A stretch of DNA of 64,000 nucleotides, taken from contig CDMY01000447.1 in the NCBI GenBank assembly GCA_001179505.1, positions 248,001-312,000 on the forward strand, read 5' to 3'. The notes under the pieces were generated by a model. That model searched no databases. It saw only the letters and a list, made by a program, of their open reading frames with translations, and was not told the DNA's origin. This document shows, piece by piece, positions 22,998 through 35,989 of this stretch (positions are counted from its first letter, which is position 1; each line of letters starts with the position of its first letter). A program made the position numbers and the translations under genes. The DNA is from Vitrella brassicaformis CCMP3155. Its lineage: Eukaryota; Protista; Chromerida.

Positions 22998-25900
22998 TCA
23001 CTTGTAGTTGCCGACGTTGAAGTCCTCCTCCGAGTAGAAGGACGCCACCTGACAGATATTACAGTTACACGCGCACGCACCCCTGTCTGTCGCCTGTTGG
23101 TGACCACCTCATCTGCCCACTTACCACAGTGCGGTTCTGGAAGGTGCGGCCCGCCAAACTCTGCCGGCACACCTTGGCAGCTGACGTGAGTGACGTGGGG
23201 GACACGCGCACACACACACACACACACACGCTCGGCGTGAGCTGTCAGGGTCGTACTACGCGTGGCGCGTCTTTGTGCTTGACAGAACAGACTGACCGGC
23301 GACGTCCGAGAAGTGGATGAAGATCTTGCCGACGCCGCCTTTGGTCTTGCCTAACTCAGGCCTGCACGCAACGCAATCAAATCAAATCAAGGCACACGCA
23401 GGTAAACACACACACACACACGCCAATCGAAGACTGCCTGCCTCTGCGCGTGTGTGTGTGTGTGTGTGGTTGTTTGCTGACCTGGGTATGACGATGTTGA
23501 CGCAGCTGCCGAACTGGCTGACCTCATTCAGCACGTCGTGGAAGATCTCCTGATACGTCTGAGAGAGGGGTCGGTCGCCACACACACACGACAACACAGA
23601 CCTGTGTCCTGTGTCCCGTGTCCGCTTCGATTGGTGTGTCTGGGTCCTTCCTCCCTCCCCTCCCTCACCATACCAAGTCGTTCTGGAGATCCTGTGTGCT
23701 GACCATGTTGAGCAGCTGAACCACACGGGACGGCCGCATACCCTACACACACCACAAGACCACACACACATGCCCCGCCCACGCGTGTGTGTGTCGTGTC
23801 TTCTCTCTCCGTTCCCTCCCCTCCCCTCTCTCTCCGTGTGGTGCTGACTGACTGACTGACCATTTTGGTTGTTGCCGTGATCTGATACATGAGCATGGCG
23901 TTCTTGGCCACCCCCCCACCGCCCCCACTCTTCGCCGCCGCCTCCTTGGTGGGTTGCCCACCAGCACCAACCACACCCACACCAGGGATCTTGACCTCCT
24001 TCGCCTCCTTGGCCTCACGCGCCTTCGACGCACTGATGATCGCCTCTATGTCCGTCACAGACAGGTCGCCAATCCCACCACCACCACCACCAGCGGCAGC
24101 AGCAGCCTTGTGTTGGCGAGACAGAGAGGGGAAGTCGGGCGATGATGCATCGAGAGAAGGCGCGAGCAGCGAGGGGGGCAGGACGGGAGGTGTGGAGGCT
24201 GCGGCAGCTGCGGCTGCCTGTGGGTTTATGGGCGTGGGCACGGATGAGGCCGGCGGGCCGTTGGCGAACTTGCACCGGAGCTCGCGGCCGACTAAGTCGA
24301 GGCCATTGAGGCTGCAGCAGGGAGGGAGAACAGAGATATACAGAGGGCGGGGTGTGGACGTGTGTGGTCGTGTGTGGTGGTGTGTGGTTGGTTGCTCACC
24401 CTGCGATGGCGACGTGTGCGTCGGATGGTGTGACGTACTCGAAGAAGGCATAGCCCTGAGGGATCCAACAGACAGACAGACAGACAGAAGACATAGAATG
24501 TCTTCCGGGTGCATCGTCTCACCTTTGATAGTGGCTGTCCCTTGTCCCTGACGAGGTTGAAGTACTTGAGCCGCCCAAACGTCCCCACAAACTGCTGCAC
24601 CTGCTCCTCAGTCAAATCACGAGGAATGTTACCTGGACCAATGCATCCCACGGGACAGGAAATCCACCCCACCCTGCACCACTCCCCTGGTCTGTCTCCC
24701 TGACTCTCACTGACCGAGGTATATCTTGTAGTCAGTAGCGAGCCCCGCCTGGTCGTTGGAGACCACCCCGAGCTGTGCGGCTGCTGCGGGCTGGAAGGAG
24801 CTGCCGGCAGCGGTGCCCGAGAGGATGTCGCGAGTGTTGGGGATGTAGTCCCGCGGACGACGGATACGCAGCTGCTGCCTGTGTGTGACGCATCGGACAG
24901 GACACACAGACACAGAGGATTGTATGGGGCTGGAGATGAGCGTCTGCCTTTGTCTGTCTAGGTGTATGTCTGTGTGTGTGTGTGTGTGTGTGTATGTCTG
25001 TGTGTGTATGTCCCCACTCACTCACCCACTGAAGTAGATGCCGTCAAGTCCGATGGCGACGTTGGCGTCTTCTGCGCTGCGGAACTCACAAAAGGCGTAG
25101 CGCTTCTCCAACGACACCTATACACACACGCACACACACGCACAAACCCGAACAATCCCGCATTGCATTGGAAATATATCCCTCCCGCCCGCCGACCCAC
25201 CTACCTGGACGGCGACCACTTTCTCGGTGTCCTCCTCCTCCTTCCCTCTGCCCTTCTCCCTCCACCTCATGCGCCCCTCCCTCCTGTCGTTCTCGTGCTG
25301 CAGCTCCTGCAGCGCCGTCTCGAAGAACACCTTGAGCTCAGCGTCGGTCACCACCTGCGGGATGTTTCCCACATACAGCCGCCTGGCCTGCCGGGCCTGG
25401 TGGTTCTGCATGGCCAGGCCCTGCACCGCAGACGGGGTGCCATCCTCCCCGCCGCCCGGCAGCGGGCCGCTGCCCATGATGCTGCGGAAGGAGAACTTGC
25501 TGCTGGATCCCTCCTCGTCCTTGGGCACCTCATTCGGCGTGGCATCCCACATGGACCGCCGCCGCGCCCTGCTCCTGTTGTTGTCCTTGCTCGTGCTGCG
25601 CGCGGCCTCCTTGTCGTCTCTGTTGTCTCGGTCGTTGTCTTTGCGGTTGGGGCGTTGTGGCGGCGGTGTGATGGACTGGCGAGAGGGGGAGCGGATCCGT
25701 GAGCGGGAGCGGGAGGGGCTCTTCCTCTTGCGGGATGGGCGCCTTCGGCCGCCCCTGTCGGTGTCGTTGTCTTTGTCGTCTTTGTCGTCGATGTCCTCGC
25801 TGTCTTGGCGTCTGTGGCCGCGGGGGTAGGGACGCTCCTCCTGACCACACACACACACATGCACATAGCACGGCACACCATCACACATTACTTAATGGTC

Positions 25901-27106
25901 TCCATCCATCTCTTCCACTTCATACCCTTTTCGGCGGTTGCCTGTCATCATCCTGCTCATATCTCTGTCGCGCCCCCGCCCCCGCCCCGAAGCCGCGCCT
26001 CTCCCTCTCCCTCTCTTGGTCCCTCTCCGCATCTCTGCCATCGTTGTGGCGCACTGTCTCACGGCCCGTGTGTGGCTGCTGCCGCCTGTCGTACTGGTCC
26101 ATGTAGCTGTCATACTGACGCCTGCCGCGGGGGGCGCTGTCGTCGTCGTATGCTCTCTTGCCAAAGTGGCCGTTTGAACGAGACGAGGGCCTGAAAACAC
26201 ACACACAACGATAAGGCGAGACGACACAGATGTGTGTGAATGAATGAGTGGGTGTCTCTCTGACTGGCCAGGGCAGGGCACACCTCACCCACCTGCCGTT
26301 GTTGTCGTCTCGAGGCCTTGATCGTGGTCCCGCTGAAAAGACACACACAGAGAAGAGAGAGGAGAGACAGTGTGAGATCGGGGACCTGTACCGACGGCAG
26401 TCCATTAGCAAGGCAAGGCCAGCCGGATGCAGTGTAAACACCCCAGCGCAGCCCACGTAAACACCGCACAGTCACAGGAAAGGTCTCTCTTTGTTCTAGA
26501 AAAGGACGGAGGAGGCAGGCAGCCAATGGATGGATGGATTGACCTATATAGATGTGCGTATCATGTTCTGTAAGTCTATTCCCTTAGATAGATACACTCA
26601 GTGTCGTGCCTGCTGCGCTGCGCTGCGTCCCTGCATCCATCCCTACATAAATCTACTGCGTGGCTGCCGTGCGGTGCCGTGGCGCCTGGCCTGCTGCTGT
26701 ACTGAATGGAAAACCACGTGATGTGTGTGTGAGCCATTACGGTAGCCTACCGAGCACCTCCTCAGAGAACGGATTGCGCGCCCTGGACGGAGCAGATGGC
26801 TTCCTCACATCCCGGTCGTCGTCCGGCCGTCGGCCGCCGTTCATCTGGCGGCCTCGGTCTGGCGAATACGACTCCTCAGAGCGACTGAAGGACACATCAA
26901 GGAAGGACACACAACACGGGGACACACAGAAGAGCCAAACACACACACATAGGATGAGATGAGCAGCACTGTCCGTTGCCTTGCCTTGCGTGGCGTGTGT
27001 TGTGGTGTACAGGTAGGTAACATACATACCTTTCAGAGCCGTCGTCCCTGAGGCTGCGGCGTCTCTCCCGACGCCCATCTCTCTCGGAGTAATATCGGCC
27101 AGACAT
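22998..27106 (-). CDS. U2AF2: Splicing factor U2AF large subunit (RS domain, ULM, RRM1, RRM2, UHM), many exons
   Basis: RS-rich N-terminus; RRRSMWDATP (ULM); QARQARRLYVGNIP; KRYAFCEFRS; LRIRRPRDY; GNIPRDLTEEQV...FGRLKYFNLVRD; GYAFFEY; DVLNEVSQFG; GVGKIFIHF; FYSEEDF. Start codon approximate. Confidence 0.95.
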
Positions 27107-27189
27107 TGTCGCCGTAGGCAATGCCTTGCTCTCAACACGCCAATCGCCGGCCAGATCTCTGCCTCCAAATTTTTCCCCTTTCGCATCCA

Positions 27190-27218
27190 AGCTCGCAGAG
27201 AAAGGTCAAAAGCTCGCA
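27190..27218 (-). promoter_or_regulatory. Two TGCGAGCTT elements in the U2AF65/LSD1 divergent promoter
   Basis: AGCTCGCA at 27190-27197 and 27211-27218, 84-105 bp upstream of the U2AF65 ATG. Confidence 0.55.
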
Positions 27219-27549
27219 TTCTCCGGAGGAGACCGAGTCGTGACGAGGGTGCTTTCCTAGGCTGCCAAGGCTACGTAGCTAGTTCTCTCTTGCAGCTGTC
27301 GGCTTGAACCGTCTCCGCTTTGATCGTTTTGGCGGCTCTGTGGGTACGCGATGGCGACGGACACCGCACAGGTGAGGGGAGCGCACCACACACACATGTG
27401 CATGCGGCACACGAAAAGGCAGGCCAGCCAGACGGGCACCGATCGTGTGGGTCGTGGGGTGATCGACGTGAGAAGCGAGGAGGGGAAATCTCGCAAGACG
27501 GCCGCTCTCTCTCACTCTGTGCGTCTGTGTCGCTTTCTGGCTGTCGGCG

Positions 27550-28558
27550 ATGTTGGACGATCAGAAGCCGGACACTTTTCTGATTGAGAATCCCGATGGC
27601 ACCATTGATAGCATGGCGGCGGCTGAGAACTACGCGGAGCAGCAGCAACAGCAACAGCAGGTGAGCTAAGACGCTCGGCACATGACAGCGCGGCACACGG
27701 GGCAAGGGCGCACGTTGGTTGTCTTGTCTGGTACTGGGGGGTGCTGTCTGTCTGGTGTGTGTGTTGTGGCGTGCAGGCAGCTGGCGTCAAGGCTCGGCTT
27801 CGCTGCTACAGCTGCAACACACTGCTCGAGTATGACGCTGGCGCTGCATACGTTCAGGTGTGTATGGGACACGCCATCGCAACACACACGATCTCGGTGT
27901 CACACGTCGGCCTCCTATGCGATATATCTGTCCATCTGTCTGTCTGTCTGTCAATCCGGGCGCCTGTCCTGTCGTCTAGTGTTACACGTGCCGCACGATG
28001 AACTCAGTTCTTCCGGGGGCAGAGACCGGCGGACGAGTAAGCAAAGCAAAGCAACCCCAACTCACACACCCCACGAGCCGATATACGCGATGTGATGTGC
28101 ATGTTGGTTGGTTCCTCTGTCTGTCTCTGTCTCGATGCGTGGGATGGCGTGTGGGTGCCTGCAGGTGTTGAGTATGTTGTGTGTGGTGTGCAACACCACC
28201 AACCTGGCGCCATACGGCACAGCGTACGTCCGATGCGGCACCTGCCAAACCATCTCACAGGTCAGGCCGGGCCGGACCGGGCCGGGCCGTCACACCCGTG
28301 TGTCGCAATGAACACAGCACTCCTCACTCTTGTCTTGTTGTGTGTGTGGTTTAAACGTCTGACACTCACTCACTCCCTCAGGTATCTCACGTATACGAGC
28401 AGGAAGCGGAGAGCCAGCGTCAGGCGGCAGCAGCGGCGGCCGGCCGTGTGGGTGGGGGTCGTGGGAGGGGGAGGGGTGCGGGCAGCGGCGGCTCATCTCC
28501 CAACCCCAACCCCAATGAGGCACCCACACAGGCGCTACTCGGCAACCAGGCCACCTGA
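27550..28558 (+). CDS. LSD1/LOL-type zinc finger protein (two CxxC-x14-CxxC fingers), 5 exons
   Basis: Spliced fingers CYSCNTLLEYDAGAAYVQCYTC and CVVCNTTNLAPYGTAYVRCGTC fit the zf-LSD1 pattern CxxCxxxLxYxxGAxxVxCxxC. N-terminal polyQ. All exons in phase to TGA at 28556-28558. Confidence 0.8.
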
Positions 28559-29910
28559 CTGAAGAGGGTTGGAGGGAGGGAGGGAGGGGGGAGGAAGGGA
28601 GTGAGGGGTGGCGGTTGGTCGGTTGGTCGGTCTTGGTCGGCTGACTGACTGTTATTACCTTTTTTCTTGATGGGGTCGTTACTTTTGGGGGTCTGTCGGC
28701 GATTGATTGTTTCTCATTCCATCATACCTACTATACCTTGCCTGTCTGTCTGCATGTCTGTCTGTCTGTCTGTCTGTCTGGACAAGCCGTGTGCGAACGA
28801 GTGCTTAACTAATGGTCGGTCGGTCGGCCTGCCTCTCCCCATCAATCAATGAATGCCTATGTTGCTTTCAACGAACTGCAGGATGGCCGGCCGGAGCTGG
28901 AGGGATGGATGGATGGATGGATGAAGATACGTGTGTGTGTCTGTGTGTGTGGTGTTTGTTTGTTGTAGAGTACATTGGTGCCTGCAATGACTCTCCCTCC
29001 CTCCCTCCCTCTCTCTGTCTTTCTTCTCAGTGGCCCTGCCCACTTCCGTCCATCCGAATGCTTTGGAATAATCAATGGTACAGCTAGTACATGGCCTCAA
29101 ACAGGCGGTCCCTTGCCTCCCCTCCCCCTCTCCCTCTCTCCCTGTGTGCCGCCCCGGCTGTCTGTCTGCCTGTCTGCCTGTCTGTCTGTCTGTCTGTCTC
29201 GGTACCTTTCCTCTCCTCCATGCGTAATCCTTCTTTGTCAGAGTGAGGGGTCCATCCCATCATCCTCTGTGTGCGTGCGTGATTTGTTGGCCCTCCATAG
29301 ACACATGACATGATGATGGAGGCATCTGATGATGCCATCCATCATGGATTCATCGACACACGTGACTAACTGACTGCCATGGTTGACATGGTGACATGGT
29401 GACATGGTTGACTTGCTTGGTTCATTCATTCATTCAAAGCGAGATAGCTACCTATCGTGATGCGTGGCCAGCATGCATGTGTGATGCATGCATATGTGAT
29501 GCACACACGTGCAGTACATGCAGTGAAGACAATGACCGTACGTATATACATACCGTTTGTTTCAATCAACCAACCAACGATCTTCAACCAACCCATACCA
29601 TCAATTACGTACGTACGCCTAACCTGAGCTGTCCGTGTCGCATCGCATCCATACCATACGGTAACCTGGCCTTCATGTCTGCGGTCGGTCATCTGAACTA
29701 ATTCATCGCGCCGCCCTGGGCAAGATGTGCCAACTCAACAGCAGGAGTTGGTGGCTCGCTCATACTCGCTTCTCGTGTCGTCCATTAGTGGAGTAGGGGA
29801 CGGACGGATGCTCTTGGGATTCTGTCGTGTGCGGGGCTGCGAGACTGACCTGCAGCTGATCTTTCTCCGGCGCCACCGTCCCTCCCGCCCTCTGGCAGCC
29901 TCTCAGTGCT

Positions 29911-32900
29911 TCAGCCTCCATGTGTGGCCAGAAGGATGCTTATGGCCGCCATCAGCCATGCCGCTTGTGAGGTGGGGAGGGTAGGGTTGGCCCCGGCGGT
30001 GAAGATAAAGACGCTGCAGTCGTCACCGAACCAGCTTGGGGGGCACGAACACACACCTAGTCACATCACACGCAAAGACACACACACACACACACAGATC
30101 CAGCGAGGGGTTTGTTTACACAGGTGGGTGGGTTGCGGGGTGGGGTGAGGGAGGAGGGAAGGCTTACCGCCGGTGCAGTTGCCGTGTCCCGAGCAGTTGT
30201 TGAGGCAGAAGAGACGCGAGCAGTCGTACCCACCGTACCTTGGCAGGCGACACAAGGCAGGCCACACACAGCAAAGTATGTCTCCCCCCCTCCCCNNNNN
30301 NNNNNNNNNNNNNNNNNNNNNNNNNNNNNNNNNNNNNNNNNNNNNNNNNNNNNNNNNNNNNNNNNNNNNNNNNNNNNNNNNNNNNNNNNNNNNNNNNNNN
30401 NNNNNNNNNNNNNNNNNNNNNNNNNNNNNNNNNNNNNNNNNNNNNNNNNNNNNNNNNNNNNNNNNNNNNNNNNNNNNNNNNNNNNNNNNNNNNNNNNNNN
30501 NNNNNNNNNNNNNNNNNNNNNNNNNNNNNNNNNNNNNNNNNNNNNNNNNNNNNNNNNNNNNNNNNNNNNNNNNNNNNNNNNNNNNNNNNNNNNNNCCTCC
30601 CTCCCCTCCGTCTCTGACTCACTTGCCAGTGCAGTTGCACTGCTGGGCTGGGAAGATGTCCACACACTCACCCTGAGCAGCCTGCACCCATACACACACA
30701 CATCCATCCATCCATCAATCTATCTGTGGTGTGATGGCCAACCAAGAATTCGTCAGTAGGGTCGGAGCAGTTGCCCGTGCACATGGCGGTTGAGCAGTCC
30801 TCGCCTCTGAATCCCGTTTCTGGGTCGCACACACAGCGGCCGTCGACGCATTGGCCCCGCTGGTTGCAAAAGAGGCACACGGCCTGCTGGTTGAAGGGCA
30901 TTACGTAGCACTTGGAGCCGGGACACAGAGGCTCCGAACAATCCTGACCGCAGTGGAGGGGACAGATAGACAGGAGGGAGGGGACTGTCTGTAGACTCAC
31001 TCACCGCGCCGTGCCAGCCGTCGTCGCACAGGCAGACGCCCATCGAACAGACACCCCTGCAGAGAGAGGAGAGGGAGACACACACAGGAAAGGTGAGTGT
31101 GTGATGATGTGCGTGGTTTGTTGACCTGACTGACCGGTTGCTGCAGAGGTTTGGGCATCTGGCGGGGTTGAACATCCACACCCCAGGGGCGAACTGAACG
31201 GCAAACTCGGAGCGCACCTCCGTGCAGTCGTCGTTGCCCTCCTTCAAACAACTGCCAGATCCCATCCCATCAGACAGACAAATGAGTGCTGTCCGCTGTC
31301 CGTCTGTCTGTCTGTCTGTTTGGGTACCGTCTCTCTCTGTCTCGCTCATTATCCGTGAGAGTCGTGTTCGTCGGCTTCCAAGTGAGGCCACTGCAAACAA
31401 CACACACACGGACAGGACAGCCACCCGCAGCAGTGTGGGTGGATTCATGGCATCGCCGCCACCTCTCCTAACATAACACACGTAACTGACGTACCCGAAC
31501 AGTATGACCTGCTGCAGCTTGTCCGAGTAGACCATGGCCTGGTACGCTGACGGGGGCGGCAGGTCGCCGTAGTTGCCGTCCAGCCGCGCCCACACACGGT
31601 TCTCGCGGTCCGCATCCACACCCAATACCCACACCTCATCAAACGGCGTGTCCTGACACACACACAACACAAGGCCCCACACACGCTGCGTGTGTGTGTG
31701 TGTGTGTGTGTGATGTGCGCGTGGCGTGGGGTTACTTGTCTGAATCCTCCGAAGAGCATGAGCTGTGCGTGACCGCTGCGTGGGTTGAGGGCGATGAGCG
31801 AGTGGCCGCGGCGGGCAATGAAGGTGCCCTCCACGTCCGTGTTGAGCTACATGCACATGACACACACGCGCGCACACACAGAGTGCTAGGTGGGGCGTAG
31901 AGTAGATGGGCCCTAAGTTACCTGCAGCCATCTGTTCTTGAGGGGCGAGTAGGTCCACGCGTCGCTCAGATAGTAACCAGGGCTGACGCACAAAGACACA
32001 CACACACACACACACGTACACACATATACCATAGATGTCTCATTTCTGTCTGCATGAACACAGGTCTCCGTGCTTACGTGCCGGGTGTAGAGTAGGTGGG
32101 GAAAGGGTTCTTGCCATCCTCATTGGGGAAGGGCGACTCGGGCGTGCGGAAGCCACCGTGAATGACCAGTGTGGACGTGTTGCCCACCACCACAGCCCCG
32201 AACTCCGCCCGAGCAGCCGGACCGAATCCACCCTCCTCTGATGTGGTGAGGTTCAGCTGCGGCAGATCGTAAATGGACATCACGTCGGGATCCTGATATA
32301 TAGGGCAAATGCACAAGACGACGCAGGCAGGCAGCTGTGTTGATTCACGGGCGTGGGGGTGTGTGTGTGTGTGGTGGGGGGGGAGGGAGGGTGTTGGGGG
32401 CGGGTGTGTGTTTCTACGGTGATGTAGTAGTCGAAGTAGTTGCCGGTGTTGAGCAGGAGTCGCTGCGTGACGGTCGTCACGGCAGAGGGGAACAGCATCT
32501 CCCAATAATTCGACACGACCCTGCCAGTCAGTCAGCAGAAAGGCCCACACCACACCATTACCCAAACACTCACTCTCTCGCCCATCTGTCTGTCTGTCTG
32601 TCTGTCCACCTGTCCACCTGCCCACCTGTATTTGTAAATGTCGTTGTAGAATTTTCCCGGTCCGTGTCCGCCGATGAGGTAAATCTGCTCGCTGTCGATG
32701 GTGGCCACCATCTGGTGGCCGTACACGCGCACGCCGGCCTCCCCGCCAGGCCCGTCGTTGACCTTCTCCCACACGTTGGCGCGCTCCCACACACGGCCCA
32801 CAAATCGGGGGTAGAAGGCTTGTGCGGCCCACGGTATTTCGTACCGCCACAGGTCGTTGCAGATGCCCTGCTCGCACTTGGGGCCCAGGCCGCCGAACAC

Positions 32901-35654
32901 ATACAGAAACTGACGACGCACACCGTCCTAATCGGCATATAGAACACACAGAGACACCGACAGAGGCGAGAAAGGTGCAAGGAGGCAGAATGAATTCAGT
33001 CAACATGAGGGTTCACCTTGTCGTTTGAGCCATCGAGTGTGATCAGTACTGCCGAATGGAAATAACGCTCAGTCGGCACCGCTGCAGCAGCGCCTGAACG
33101 ACCAAAGAACAAAGTGGAGGCGTACTGGTGTCTCTGAATATGGATGGACACGTACTCTCAGCGCTGTCAGTGTCATTTCCGCCGCCCACAGTGACGAGCG
33201 GGCTGGCCTTGACGAACGACCATTCCTGTGTCTCGGTGTCAAACCTGACGTGGCATCGTGGATGATGCACACACACAGAAGTGCATCCAGCTGTGCCCTA
33301 CTGCTGCCGCCCTCCCTCCCTTGTGTACCATACCTCCATAGCTCTGAAGTGGTCCTCTCGAGGCATGAGCGGAACTCCACAGGAAGGGCGGTGTTGTTCT
33401 CCACCAACTCGGACGCAATGTCCTCGCACTCGTGATACACCAACCTGGCAGACACGCAGAGAGAGGGACGTGACGCAGACAGACCACCTTAGGTGTATTG
33501 TCTTATCGGGGGTATTGCGCACCTTCCCTCATCGTCGTGTCGGTGCTCGTAGGTGCGCCCGCCAAACATCTGATGCCCATACACACACAGAGAGAGACAG
33601 GAGAGGAAGGCTCTCCTTCGCTGGACACATTTCTGCGTGTACCAGCACGATGTCTCGGTCTAGCGGCACCTTCTGCCCCATCACGTCACGAGTCCGCTCG
33701 CACAACTGACAAGCACATGACGAACAGAGGCCCAAGGATGCTCCACACACATCCGTTTCCAGTCCTTTCCTTCCTGTCTGACTTGACTGCCTGACCACTC
33801 TGCTTTGGCAGCAGTCGGGCGGGCACTGCTCGAGCTCCATCCCTGCCCACGGCTCCTCGCGGTCATCAGACGGCTGCACGCCACCTGACACGGCATTCAT
33901 GGCCACACACCCACACACGTGCTTACATGGGACTGTGGCTGCCCTTTTCTTTCTATGCGTACCGTAGCACGTCAAGTTGGTGAGGCATGTCTCGTCACAT
34001 GAGGGGTGGGGACACATACTCGGCAGAATGTGATCCTTCAACTGCCGGCCGGACAAAAGCATGAAAGGCCAGCCAGCATATGGAGGCGATGCATACGCGA
34101 AGGGCCCGGCCCCATCGTTCATTTGCCGTGTGTGTGTGCGTAGCGCTGTGTACGTTCCATGTTCTGTACACGACCATGGTGTGGCCATATCGGCTCGACG
34201 GCACTGCATTGATAAACGAACACTTCGAGCCTGCACAGATCCAAATCGACACACAATAGGCAAAGCGACACGCACGTGTACGACGTGAGCAACACATCCC
34301 TCCCGACCTCCAACGCATTCGACGGGCCGCCAGTCCTTCTCTTTCGGGTAGGTGTAGTGCCGCCACGGCTCGCCCGTCCGCATCGGCGTCGCGGCGTCGA
34401 CGGCCTGTGGCACGATGGCCATGGCGGGATTGTACACCTCCACACGGTGAGCGTAGAAGACATAACCCACACCATCCGTCCTGATCACACATCCCATCGA
34501 CACAGGAATGGAAACGAAACACACCCCATGAGAATCTCGCCGTCCCCTTCTCTCCGGTCTGCCTACGTGTTGGTATGTGACAGCCCGGCCATGACGCTAT
34601 GCACGACGCTGCTCGCTTCGCTTGCATTTGTGTAGTTGATCCCCTCTGGCGCGTCCATGGCCAGGTAAAGTGGCACCCCAGTGACATTGTACCTCTCCAC
34701 CGCCCCGCCCCCCATCCAGGTGTCATTGAGCAACCCACGCACATGGGAGGAGTTCTCGGCCCTGAACAGCACACGGACGCACCCCACCGGGCGATAGCCG
34801 GCAAGAGGGGAGAGATTGGCCGCCGGATCGATGGCCGATGGGGCATCGTCTTCAGAGGGCAACAAGTGCCGCAGGCAACAGGTGACATTGGCGGTGTCGT
34901 TGACGTTGAGGGTGATGTCAGTCGAGTTGGACGTCGCGTTTGTCGCATTTATAGAACCATCCATGCCCAAGGATAGAATCGTGTCGTTGGCCTTGCTGCG
35001 GACCGTGACTGTGGTGAGGCCGGCCAGGGACTCCTCTGCAATGGTCGCCTGTCCCACAATGTCATACCGAGAGCCATCGAGCAGATGCCGCAGACGGGCG
35101 GGCGAGAAACCAACGAAATAAAGGTGTTGGAAGGCCTCGACGAGAATGAATGCTGTGCCGTTCCAGCTCTCAGCAATCTCCCCTTCAGACTGCTGCAGCC
35201 CTCTCCGCCGGGCTACTTCGTCCTCTGGCTGTATTCCCAGATCCGCAGCAAGCGCCCGGTGGATGCAGACGCCGTTGTGGCCATCACAGTGGGTGCCATT
35301 TACCGCCGAGTATGCCGTGACGTTTGCGATGCCGACCGGCAGGCTCAAGGCAGCCAAGGAGCCGTCATCATGGCCACTGATGGTTTTGTCCAGCAGGCGA
35401 GATGCGGTGTGTTGAAAGGACTGGTTGAGAGAGCAGCAGGGCACGTAAAGGTAGAGGACGTCGAAATAGAAGTAGGTGTTGCGGTCGTGGTTGTCAACAA
35501 CATGACCCCCCTGCAGCCGGCGGGACGGGGAGGGCAGATCTGCAGCTGAAGCAGCAGCGGCTGTCTTGGCCACGCAGAGGAACAGACAGCACAGACGCAG
35601 GGAAGTTGAAAAAGTGGAAGATCTGGAAGATCTCCATGGGAAGATCTGGCACAT
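29911..35654 (-). CDS. Secreted, probably GPI-anchored Kelch-repeat plus EGF-like (tenascin-type) surface protein, many exons
   Basis: Signal-like LRLCCLFLCVAKTAAA; many N-x-S/T sites; Kelch blades (SRYGHTMVVY, LYVFGGLG...NDLWRY, VYGHQMV...YLIGG, RRGHSL...LFGG); about 4 EGF repeats (e.g. CLNNCSGHGNCTGGVCSCPPSWFGDDC); hydrophobic C-terminus AAWLMAAISILLATHGG*. Alternative in-frame start at 35729. Confidence 0.85.
30296..30595. other. Assembly gap (300 N) inside an intron of the Kelch/EGF gene
   Basis: The flanking exons join in frame across the gap (CTGK|YGGYDC), so no coding exon needs to be missing. Flanks are C-rich low-complexity sequence. Confidence 0.95.
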
Positions 35655-35683
35655 ACTGTGCTCTCGATCCCCCCCACCGTAAC

Positions 35684-35691
35684 AGCTCGCA
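35684..35691 (-). promoter_or_regulatory. TGCGAGCT element upstream of the Kelch/EGF gene
   Basis: AGCTCGCA about 30 bp upstream of the ATG at 35654. Confidence 0.4.
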
Positions 35692-35989
35692 AAGTGTGTA
35701 AATTCGGTCTGGTAGCACGTCGGTTGCATGCTGCGCCTCTGCCCTTGTGAGGCCTTGATGGAGCTCTTGGGATCAGCTTCACCGTAAATTCGGACACAGG
35801 GAGAGGCAGTTAGTTAACAACCGTACGTATACAACAGATAATATCGCCCACACCACTGTGGACGACCTCTCCCGAGATGCAGACAACACCGTTCAGCAAC
35901 CTCATCAACCACAACAAGAAAACAAATCCAGGATTTCCATCACAGGGATGCAGCAATGTCAGCAATCCATGCCGTCTCCATGTGTCTCT

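Noticed and set aside
30066-30759. Long ORFs containing X runs (also 61659-63824 and 62676-63691)
   Set aside because: They are artefacts of translating through N gaps.
35616-35647. Three GGAAGATCT copies near the Kelch/EGF start
   Set aside because: Short local slippage-type repeat within the signal-peptide region, not seen at other genes.
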